Source: Octopus sinensis (Eukaryota). From it: a stretch of 64,000 nucleotides of DNA. The DNA lies in assembly GCF_006345805.1 (NCBI RefSeq), contig NC_043014.1, positions 53,692,001 through 53,756,000 of the forward strand, in the 5' to 3' direction. A model generated the notes under the pieces. That model worked only from the letters and a program-made list of their open reading frames with translations. It was not told the DNA's origin and did no database searches. The translations under genes and the position numbers were made by a program. Shown here piece after piece: positions 54,601-64,000 of this stretch. The stretch's first letter is position 1. Each line of letters starts with the position of its first letter.

Positions 54601-55863
54601 AATGCACGTGCACAACAGAGTTCAGAGTCATTCTGTGCCAAGTAGCTCGACTCTGCATGCTTTAGCTTCATTATTATAGCAAGAGTCCGGATACTTATTG
54701 ATCATACCACATACAGAAGAATATATCTGTGTATATATATGGTATATTTCTTGCATTCTAATTGTCTTTCTTTTTATCTGTCTTTAGATGTACCAGACAG
54801 ATAAAATAATGTTCAGCCTTTTCTATGTCGAATACACTCTTTTATGTATACAATTGGTTCTGCACTGTTTTGCTGAAGTTCCACCAATTGAGCACAAAGG
54901 AAGGGTGAGTACTATTGACCTTGTACCAGTTCAAAATACATACACATACAATCACACATAACCACACATATGCACACACATACGTACACACACACACACA
55001 CACAAATGCAAATTTCACACATACAGCCACATATGTACACAATCACCCTTTTCTTTCTTTTTATATATTTCCTCCCTTCTCTCTCTCATCTATACTTATA
55101 CATTAAATTCTATTCATTTTTTATTTTCTGAGTTTGTATCTCAATGATATGAACAGTGTCTTTCATCCATCCACAGTTGGTAAAATAAGTATTTATTTGG
55201 GTGAAGGCAATTTGGATTTTCACCAACTGGTATATAAAAATATAAATATTGAAACATATGCTTTATCGTATTGCATAATTGAAAGAAAAAGGATGACAGA
55301 ATTAGTGTGGCACCAGAAAAAATGTCTTGTGAAGTTTAGTCATGTTCCATTGTGTTTTGCATTTAATTCCTATCAAGGTAATTTTTCTGTTTATTCTTCC
55401 AGTGATATAATTTACCATGCATGTGTATATATATATATATATTCCTTTCTCTACACCGTTCTTACAGACATGTAAATAAGAATGCTCCACCAAGGAGATC
55501 TGGTAAGGCTGAAACATATCAAAGTTGTCACCATATCTGTCAAACACCAAATTAATCTTCCCCTCATTACACAGTATATTTCCAATTTTAATTAATTTGA
55601 ACTGTCATGCATTAACTATTTTCAATGCTTTTCTTTTTGATTGGAGTCACCTGTCTTGCATTTGGTTTTGTAAAGCATTGCTCAACAATGTTTACTTGTT
55701 AAGGCAGTAAACTGACTGAAATTATTAGAGCTTCACTTAAAAAAAACCTTGTGGCATTTGTCCCAGTTCTCTCCACTCTGAGCTCAAATCCTGGAAAAGC
55801 CAACATTGCCTTTCTCACCATTGGAGTCAAGAAATAAAGTACTAGCCAAATGCTAAAACCAAC

Positions 55864-55936
<73 letters not shown>

Positions 55937-56429
55937 ATCTACCTTGAAATCAGTTACATGAAGGGGCCAAAAAGAGAACATTTATATCATAGACCCACTA
56001 GTCCTATCACTATTGTTCTATAGCCAAGGCAAGAAAGCAGCTTCTCAATACAGATAAAATCCCAATTAAAGTTATCATACCTGTTACATTAAATGTGTTA
56101 GTGCTTGCTTGATTAATGATTGTTTATATTCATAGGTTTAAGATACAATCCCAAATTCAAGAAAAATGACAGCCAACTCACCCTGAAAATAATATCCTAC
56201 CATTTTAAAATGAGGTGGAGACATTAGATAACGTAGTCCCAGATTTATTAAAAAAAGATGGAATGGTCACAGATGAGAGGCCTTTAAACATAGATCAGTT
56301 TGATTAAGGCTAAACAATCCCCAAAACAAAGGTAAACAATTGAACTCCTAGAAATAGCAGCCAGAGACCCCCTAAAATTACACCTTACTCACTTAAATAT
56401 GAAAATGAAATAGATAATTTGTTCCAAGA

Positions 56430-56487
<58 letters not shown>

Positions 56488-59400
56488 GAGTGAGAAAGCA
56501 GTGCATGCCACCAAAGTGACACGGGTAAAATATATAAAGCCCAGTATACCCATTATGAGTACCTGTCTGATAAGGGTATACCAGGCACATGCATCCCAAC
56601 CATATGTGCTTGACACGGTGATCTCATATCAACAGCACATGACTTTTCAGATGGGGCCCAGTTAGAATTTTCTTTAGGTCAAGTACCCCATCCGGCTCAA
56701 AAGTTCTCTGAATATTATTATTATTATTAGTTATATTATTTGACTTTACCTTTCATCCTTTTGAAGTCAGTAAAATAAGTACCAGTTGAGCACTGGAATC
56801 AACGTGATCGACTCCCCCACTCCCCCCAAATTACTGCCTTGTGCCAAAATTAGAAAGAATTATTATTATTCCATGCTGCATTGCACAACAGGTTATCCTT
56901 GAATAGCTTCAGTAGCATGTCAGTTTTGGTGTGAGAAGAGGTTGCTAGCTCCTCACTTGGAGGGTCACTCTGAGTGGTCTCTCATGACCCTTCTCACAGT
57001 GCAATGTAACCAACTCTTAGATAGAAGAATCAATCTCTGGCACTTTATTTACTAAACCCAGCAGGATGAAAAATAAAGTTGACAATAGCAAAGCTAGAGT
57101 GTATGCTGCTTGGGGTAGTCCTTGGGTTTGCTGTGCCTCTGTACAAGCTTATACAGCAGACCCCAAATACCCAGAGCCAACCATCCTCATTGTCACCCAC
57201 TGCAAGCTGTGCTACTGCAAGTTGACCTCAGCAAGATTTGAACTCAGGGCACCAAGAGTAGGATCAAATACTACAAGGCATTCCTTTTGATGCTCTAGTG
57301 ATTTAGCCAGTTGCCTAGCAATTTTTATTTCATATGTTATTCTCCGTGTAAAGGTGGTTATTTCAGAATTGGTGATATTTCTGATTTTTTTCTCTTTTTT
57401 TGTTTCCTCAACTCTACAGGCTCCAAATGCAGAGAAATTAGCATCGTTTCCATCTCAATTAATATTTTGGTGGCTAAAAGGGTGAGTACCTGCCTCCTCT
57501 TCTTCTTCTCCTTCTCCTTCTTCTCCAGAATCAATCTATATCTAATACTTCTCTGGTTTCTCTTATAGATTATTTGTGAAAAGTTTCAAGCATGAATTAA
57601 AGGATGATGACATGTGGGAACCACATCCACGGAATTTGTGCAGTCAAGTGGTGAAGACATTTTTGAATGAATGGAGTTTGAAATTAAACGCTATGAGATG
57701 GTATGTTTTAGCATTAGGAAGGTTTCAGAGACATTTTATCAATATCTTTTCTGTTTTGCAAAATATACCTGCTAAAAATCTAAAAATATACTAGTTAGAA
57801 GCACACATGTTAATATGATTAACTGTAATACTGCACCTTCTCTCATTGGTAACTGAGCCAATGAGAGCCTCTCTACATGGTCAGCTGCTTAACACTAACA
57901 TAATGAGTATTCAGTTACACTTTTCCAGAAATATAATGTACTAACTGAATATTCCATTGTTGCCGGGTAATCTTCACAATAGATTGCCTTGGCAAACTTC
58001 AGAATAGCACACCCACAGAAGTTAGATTTTCTCAATTTTGACAGGGACTTTTCAAATTTGCTGGGATTCAAACAATAACAAAAAAAATTTCGTAATCTAG
58101 TTTTTAATCCCACTTCCCACTCCAAGCAAGTCCGTGTGTGTGTGTGTGTGTAAGAAAAGACATATTTCCTAACAAAAATGTATGCAATTAAAAAGCAAAA
58201 GCTCCAATTTTAACAACATTGTTCAAAATAAAAACAGCAATTTCAAGAGCCCTTTTGCAAGCGATGCAACAGACAAGTTGAGTACAAGTAACAACAACAC
58301 CAGCAACAGCAGTAATAACAACAGCAGCAACAACATCAGCAGCACCATCAACAACCACAACAGCAACAATAACAAAGGCAACAACAACAACAACAATGAT
58401 ACAAACAATGAAGGAGCAATGGCTTGGAATAGCTCTTCTGAATTTGCTTTTGCTGAAGCAGCCAAGCCATCTCTTCAGAGAATACAATTCTCTGAAGAGG
58501 AACTTAAAAATGCCAGACTGCTAGTTGAGGGAGATGGAATAGCAGTAACGTTAAATACCCTCCCTGAGACAATGCAGGATACAATACCCTGCACTCTGAC
58601 ATACTGTATAATTGGTTTAAAATCAAGGAAGGTGGAAAGAGCCACAGAGAGGCTCAAATAGAAAAAGCTTTAGGTTCCATCTAGAATCTAAAGGAATATA
58701 TACAGTGAGGAAGGGCCTATGGAATGATAGACATTTGATTCTGCACTGAAGAAGGAACCAAACATCACTCTCTGAATGCCCTCAAAAGTGAAAAGTTGTT
58801 GTTAGTTCCTTTCTACTGCGGTCAGTGACTGGCCAAAATCGTCATAGGTGCCATCAGAAATAGTCATTCCTTGGCTATTTAGACATAAAGGAAAACTTGA
58901 AAATCCTCAAAGCCTATCAGACCAAAAGGGAGAACTGGTCCAGAATGATCATAGAACTCCTCATACAAATTGCATCACAAACATGTGGAATGGTATTGAC
59001 AACTTTAGGCCCATAACTCTTCTGAATGCAGAGTTAAAAACTTCGGCCAAGGTATTAGCTACAAGGTTGGTGCTTGTCATTGGAGATCTGGTAGGGGAGG
59101 CACAGACACGGGCTAACCAGAAAAGATCCATCCACAACAAGCTCCACCTCATGCAATGCATAACTGAGAAAAGAGCTAAAGAACCTGGCAGAAGTGGGCC
59201 CTGATCAATTTAGATCAGTCTGAAGCTTTTAATAGGGTCGACCATCCATACCTGGTGGCGCTTCTCAAGACAGCTGGTTTGGGGCTTGTATTTAGGGGCT
59301 GGATCATTGCAATGCACAATGACATCTGTTCACTGGTCAGAGGGAACAATCACCTCTCAGAACTGTTCAACATCATGCACTCAGTCTGGTATGGTTGCTC

Positions 59401-60063
59401 CTTCTCATCTCTCTTTTACATACTGACTCTTGAGCCACTACTACACAAACTGGAGGCATTGAGAGGCATCCTGCACGACCTAGGATGTGGTAGATGCATG
59501 TTGGTATATGCAGACAATGTCACCAGAGTGATGTCAGATCATAAACACATAGAAATGATCAGCACCGCTTTCTTTTAACCAGGAAAGAAAGGCTGTTTTT
59601 AAATGCCTGCTGACCATGGTGAAAGAAGGGGCTGAAGACAAACACTTTTCTCTTAGGCCAATCCCTGATTAACTTTTTCAAGTTTCACTTGAAAAGGAAA
59701 ATAAGGGTTAAGAGGGAAATGTTGTCTTCTGGCCAGTTTTCTGAAAAGTGAATGAAAGTGGTGAGAATGGTGCAAGTGAATGGGTCTACCCTGAGCATAT
59801 GCCCATAGCTGGGAAAAAAAGGAAAGGGAAAAAGGCACTTATCCCTAAAGTCAGGGTACCCATGATTTTTATACGGTTTTTCCATGAGCAGCCCTCAAAC
59901 ATCTCCCTTTTGAGGATTACACACTGATTTTAAAAAATTTTACTAATCTTGTTTACAAGCGAAACCATCACAGCACACATTGACACACATATACATTCTT
60001 TGTTTTGTCCTCTGCTGTCCATAATGTTTTTCTTAACATAAACCTTTGTAGTTAATAAAGAAA

Positions 60064-60126
<63 letters not shown>

Positions 60127-61017
60127 TGTGATCAAATTTTGCCTTTTCATCCTTTCAGGGTTGATAAATTAAGTACCGGTTGAGCACTGGGGTCAATGTA
60201 ATCAACTATCCCCCTCCTTCAAAATTTCAGGCCCTGTGCCTATAGTACAAAAGATTATTATCATTATTATTATTATTATTACTATTCAATAAGGTGGCAA
60301 ACTGGTGAAGTGCCAGGCAAAATACTTAGTGGCATTTCGTCCTTCTTTATATTCTATGAAGGTTGACATTGTTTTTTTTACCCCTTTCGGGTCAGTAAAA
60401 TAAGTAGGAGTTGAGCACTTGGGTCAATGTAATCAATTTGCTCTTCCCTTGAAACTGCAACGAATAGCTTCCTAGATTCTTAGCTAAGATTCAAAACTTA
60501 GCTTAGTGGTAATTCATCTAGCTTTACATTCTGAGCCCAAATTCTGCCAAGGTCAACTTTGCCTTTCATCTTTTCAGGGTCTGTAAGGAAATAAGTACCT
60601 GTTATCTTCTTTACTAGGTAAAATAGTATGGCAGTTATTTTAGCATTAAAACTTCTGTTATATTGTAGTCTGTCTCCCAGTTTTTAATTTTTCTCTTCCT
60701 TACAGGAAGCAAATGTCATATGACTCAACGTCTGGAGATGAAGTGGAAAAATGTTATCAGGTACAACAGAGGAAAGAACCATCACTAACCTTGGTCCTAT
60801 TGCGGCTCTATATGTTTGACATTCTTAAAACATGTCTGCTAAAGTTTATCTATGATATCCTATTGTTCGTCAGTCCTCAAGTAATGAGGTATGTTTTTCA
60901 AAGTTTTTTCCTTTGATCTTTTTCTTGTTGGTCTTTCAAGTTTTTGAAAATGTTTTATATTTTATAATTTATTTTCTATTTATGATTGGAGTAAGGACCA
61001 AAGATGGTTACACCTCC

Positions 61018-61064
<47 letters not shown>

Positions 61065-62997
61065 GAGTGAGTGAGCAGTGCATACCATGAAAGTGTGATG
61101 GGTAAAATTATGAAGCCCAGTATACTCATCACAACCATATGTGAAATTAAGGCCAACAGACCAGATATAGTTGTCAGAATCAATGAACTAAATACTATAT
61201 AACATGCACAGATGAAAGAGAAAATAAGAAAAGAATACTATAGACAAGCTAATATTTAAAACAGAGCTCAATAAGAAAAGCAAGATAATAGGTATCAATA
61301 CACTAGCTGTCCCAGCTATAAATTAGAGTTACAATACTCTTAATTGGACACTAAATGAACTAATCAAACTAGACAAGAAAACAAGAAAAATAATGACAGA
61401 ATTTAGAATACACCACCAAAAATCTGACATAGAAAGGTTATATATACAATGAATTGAAGGTAGTAGAGCCCTTATACAACTAGAAAACTACTATAAAATA
61501 ACCACCATAGGATTATAGAAATAATAATATAAGGAAAACTGGTACAAACAGCCACAAAACATGAGCAAAATAAAAAACTGTTTTCTGCTTTTAAGGAAGC
61601 TGACAAATACAAGAAAGAAGTCATAGCACCTGACAACTATGAAGAAAAAGAGGAAACAACAAAAGCTGTAAAACAACTGAAATTCAAACTGAAACCACAA
61701 AATATCATAAAATGATGGCAAGGACTTTCCTTGCCTGGCAAATACTGGGATAAACTAAACAGAAAAGAAATAGACAAAGTAAAATCCCAACAATGGTTGA
61801 AAAGCTCAGGACTTAAAGCAGAAACTGAAGGATTTCTAATTGTGGCACAAGATCAAAGCCTCCCCACCAGAAACACATAATGAAGAAAAATATAAGTAAC
61901 TGCAGAAGATGTGGTGATGGGGAAGAAACAATAAATCATTGTCTCTGGTTATCCTGCCATGTCTAAGAAGGAATATATCCAGAGACATGACAGAGTTGGG
62001 ACTTATATACAATGGAAGCTATAACAACACTATGGAAGGACAACAGAAAAAGATGATATAGGCATATCCCAGAAAAGGTTTCAGAAAATAACAAAACAAC
62101 CATACTCTGGAATGTGCCAATACACACAGATAGAGAGGTCAAGAAAAAATGCCTTAGAATTGATGTATCAATCTCAACAGATGACAATGTATGTCTATAA
62201 GAAAAGGAGAAACTCTTAAAATAAAAAGATCTGGTAATAGAGGTAACCTGAATGTGGAGCCTAAAAACAGAAACAATACTTATAATAAAAGGTGAGAAAT
62301 TACAGAGACAGTAGAAGTCAATGCAGAATTGATTATCAAAAATAAAAACAGATATGGAACACAAAACAATAATAGAAGTGCTATTTTCTCGCTGTGTTCC
62401 CCAATCTAGAAGGGCATGCTATTCACCCAGACTAATTTAGCCATACTCACCAACCTTACAGTAAATTTACTAGCAGGCAACACCTACCTTGCATCTTTTT
62501 CTCTAAATGGAACTCAAAGAAATTGATGAGGGATTAACTGAAAAGGTGTCCATTTTCAACCCTTTCAATTTTATCTACCATTCAATCTCTTTGGCCATGT
62601 CACCATACTGAGGAAAACTGTCAAGAAACGATACTCAGAGTATTTACAATAAAATAGAAAGAAAAAAAAAACAAGCAAAATTCTGCACATATCCAAAGAA
62701 CACATAGCTGTACTCAGTAGTGCAATGAAGGCACTCATTGAATGAATGATGTAATAACAATGAAACAATGATGACCACAAATGATTAATTAAAAGAAATT
62801 TTCATATTCTCTATCATTTCAGCTTCTTGATAGCATTCATTGACAGTAAGGAGCCAAGCTGGAAAGGTTACACAATTGCGGTTTTCCTTTTGGCTATGAA
62901 TATCATACAAACTATATCTTTACAGCATGCTTTGTATATTTCTACCAATCTTGGACTCATCTTAAAACAAGCCGTGACATCCACAATTTTCCGCAAG
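41363..62997 (+). CDS. ABCC1-like: ABCC/MRP1-like ABC transporter, 5' part (9 coding exons: TMD0, L0 linker, start of TMD1); continues beyond window
   Basis: Exons of 48+186+120+129+117+62+132+183+175 nt = 1152 nt with AG/GT boundaries and matching phases give an open frame resembling MRP1 ([56 protein letters not shown], IFRK). Confidence 0.93.
41855..42830 (-). mobile_element. Mariner transposase pseudogene
   Basis: AAKFVPHLLTEDQK, WCYGYEPETKHQSSQ, LKGKRF...CFEQ. Confidence 0.88.
43170..43530 (+). mobile_element. RTE (BovB-like) LINE 3' fragment
   Basis: LYGELVNGRR..KPRLRFKDCVKSSLK. Confidence 0.75.
43671..44541 (+). mobile_element. Internally deleted Tc1/mariner (maT-like) element with TA TSD
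   Basis: TA|CAGGGT...ACCCTG|TA termini; MVFGVIASDG, YVWQQNSAPYHTS, WSPNSP. Confidence 0.82.
45035..45315 (+). mobile_element. RLE-type LINE extreme 3' fragment
   Basis: Closely matches 20340-20620; CATA-rich flanks. Confidence 0.8.
45490..46090 (+). mobile_element. Penelope-like element 3' remnant (GIY-YIG endonuclease)
   Basis: KYIG...YNHMSSF...LASHVWRLK..KWKIL..CKLC..ILK..LN...CIHFK in one frame with stops. Confidence 0.8.
46146..46376. repeat. Fold-back element with hammerhead CTGATGA in the loop
   Basis: 46146-46246 is the reverse complement of 46273-46376, with a few substitutions; flanked by (TA)n. Confidence 0.88.
46254..46335 (+). ncRNA. Type I hammerhead motif in the ABCC intron after the start-codon exon
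   Basis: CTTTC-CTGATGA-GAAGA...TCTTT-GAAAC-ATAT-GTC-AAGAG; GUC cleavage triplet, palindromic helix III. Confidence 0.68.
46896..48535 (-). mobile_element. RTE LINE ORF2 fragment (reverse transcriptase)
   Basis: KAPGPSG, QFGFVPGKSTTDAIF, FVDMEKAFDRV, GVHQGSVLSPLLF, LYADDL. Confidence 0.92.
49700..50385 (-). mobile_element. Penelope-like GIY-YIG remnant with a ~250-bp tandem duplication
   Basis: Minus strand VGIYNV...IYNHRSSF...LVSQVWHFK..IKW..ILKDS..LLNSRHE..ACSHFK; 49706-49959 is repeated at 49960-50209. Confidence 0.78.
50803..50988 (+). CDS. ABCC1-like: ABCC coding exon 2
   Basis: tttcag|GAT...ACA|gtaagt; [40 protein letters not shown]...IVKT. Confidence 0.93.
52268..52665 (-). mobile_element. 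Non-autonomous Helitron
   Basis: Minus-strand 3' hairpin CCCGAGCAACGCCGGG then CTAG|T; TATATATAAAAGTGAGG-type 5' end. Confidence 0.7.
52786..52905 (+). CDS. ABCC1-like: ABCC coding exon 3
   Basis: ttgcag|GGT...TAT|gtaagt; 40 codons, GTSALLCGLAITQLV...VQIGAY, phase 0-0. Confidence 0.85.
53187..53315 (+). CDS. ABCC1-like: ABCC coding exon 4
   Basis: ttacag|ATG...AAG|gtaatt; [23 protein letters not shown] matches the MRP ERxxG motif region. Confidence 0.92.
54788..54904 (+). CDS. ABCC1-like: ABCC coding exon 5
   Basis: ctttag|ATG...AGG|gtgagt; FYVEYTLLCIQLVLHCFAE (TM5). Confidence 0.9.
55868..55932. repeat. (CT)n microsatellite
   Basis: Seen directly. Confidence 0.95.
56430..56715 (-). mobile_element. 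Dispersed retroposon with (AAT)n tail; partial copy at ~61025-61135
   Basis: (TTA)n-ttgagtgag..gcagtgcat..aagtg..gggtaaaat..aagcccagtata occurs twice. Confidence 0.55.
57420..57481 (+). CDS. ABCC1-like: ABCC coding exon 6 (lasso motif)
   Basis: ctacag|GCT...GG|gtgagt; 62 nt, [21 protein letters not shown]. Confidence 0.92.
57569..57700 (+). CDS. ABCC1-like: ABCC coding exon 7
   Basis: ttatag|A...TG|gtatgt; 132 nt, phase 2-2; LFVKSFKHELKDDDMW...FLNEW. Confidence 0.9.
58180..59830 (+). mobile_element. Tx1/L1-clade LINE remnant (ORF1-like region, RT, C-terminus)
   Basis: NFRPITLLNAELK..AKVLATRL, LINLDQSEAFNRVDH, YADNVT, FFKFHLKRKIRV; Asn-rich ORF upstream in the same orientation. Confidence 0.78.
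60130..60600 (+). mobile_element. Cluster of three SINE family A fragments
   Basis: Family A motifs at ~60130, 60290 and 60520. Confidence 0.65.
60706..60888 (+). CDS. ABCC1-like: ABCC coding exon 8
   Basis: ttacag|G...AG|gtatgt; EPSLTLVLLRLY...[17 protein letters not shown] (TM6). Confidence 0.92.
61130..62330 (+). mobile_element. Degenerate RLE-type LINE, second subfamily
   Basis: ETEGFLIVAQDQSLPTR, CRRCGDGEETINH, YIQRHDRV, ILWNVPIHTDRE. Confidence 0.82.
62823..62997 (+). CDS. ABCC1-like: ABCC coding exon 9
   Basis: tttcag|C...AAG|gtaagt; FLIAFIDSKEPSWKGY...AVTSTIFRK (TM7-8). Confidence 0.93.
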
Positions 62998-63119
62998 GTA
63001 AGTTTTAATTGGTTCATTTGTAGCAAAATGAAATTGCTCAAAAATCAATGGAAATTGTAGCTGTGATACCAGTGCCGGTGACACGTAAAAGAACCATCCG
63101 AACGTGGCTGTTATATATC

Positions 63120-63570
63120 ATCATCATCATTATCTTCCTCTTCATCGTTTAATGTCTGCTTTCCATGCTAGCATGTGTTGGACGATTTGACTGATGTCTG
63201 GTGAACCAGATGGCTGCACCAGACTCCAATCTGATCTGACAGAGTTTCTACAGCTGGATGCCCTTCATAACACCAACCATTCTGAGAGTGTAGTGGGTGC
63301 TTTTATGTGCCATCGGCACAAGGGCCAGTCAGGCACTGGCCACACTCAAATGGTGCTCTTTATGTGCCACCTGCACAGGAGCCCGTTCTGCAGCACTGGT
63401 AATGACCTCACTCAAGTGTTTTTTCACGTGCCTCCAGCACAAATGCCAGTAAGGCGACGCAGGAAACGTTCACGCTCGAATGGTGCTTTTTACATGCCAC
63501 CCGCATGGAAGCCAGTTTGTTGCTCTGGCAACGATCACTCTCAGATGGTACTCTTAGTGCTCCACTAGCA
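63120..63570 (-). mobile_element. RTE-tailed repeat family C
   Basis: (TCA)n then the reverse complement of the family C body. Confidence 0.7.
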
Positions 63571-63629
63571 TGGATGCCAGTCATCAAATTTGATTTTGAT
63601 TTTGAATTCACTGGCTGTTCGTACACATG

Positions 63630-64000
63630 CATCATACAGTCTGCCTTTTACTCTGAACGAGAGGCCCTTAGTCACCAGTAGAGGTAAGAGCTCTCTGAAC
63701 TTAGCCCAAGCTATTCTTATTCTAGTGTCTACATTTTCAGCGCACCCTCCCCCGCTACTGACTTGGTTACCTATGTAATGGAAGCTATCAACTACTTCTA
63801 GTTTTCCTCCCTGGAATGTGGCAGAAGTTGTTCTCTGTACATTTTCAGTGTTTATTGCTCCTGAGCATCTGCCACATACAAAAACTATCTTCCCAGTTAG
63901 CCTTCCTTTGATATTGCTGCACCTCTTATGTGTCCATAGTTTACACTGGGTACATCTTATAGAGTTTCTACCTACCCTTTTTCTACAGATTGAGCAGGGC
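63630..64000 (-). mobile_element. RTE LINE fragment, same family as 46896-48535
   Basis: 63785-63960 closely matches 46896-47075. Confidence 0.82.

Noticed and set aside
58182-58661. Asn-rich ORF as an alternative ABCC exon or novel gene
   Set aside because: No convincing phase-2 splice sites; colinear with the downstream Tx1-like RT, so better explained as a LINE ORF1 remnant with an AAC repeat.

Overview
AT-rich, microsatellite-dense eukaryotic DNA. The repeat content (tRNA-derived SINEs, RTE, RLE and Tx1 LINEs, Penelope remnants, Helitrons, Tc1/mariner) suggests an octopus or other cephalopod; this is an inference, not a database result. The one clearly supported protein-coding gene is the 5' part of a long-type ABCC (MRP1-like) transporter on the + strand: nine GT-AG coding exons from 41363 to 62997 splice into an open 384-codon frame, and the gene continues past the window. 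An intact-looking tRNA-Arg(CCG) lies at 32879-32951 (-). The remainder is intergenic or intronic and filled with transposon remnants. The most notable signal is a dispersed set of minimal type I hammerhead ribozyme motifs of the Penelope kind, mostly inside fold-back (palindromic) elements whose apex lies 5' of or within the ribozyme. One of them sits in sense orientation in an ABCC intron. A second signal is an RLE-type LINE family whose copies are flanked by (CATA)n on their own strand. The 5.6-10.4 kb region is a tandem duplication that may be an assembly artefact. Most long ORFs in the supplied track are microsatellite translations. Repeat boundaries were read by eye and are approximate.
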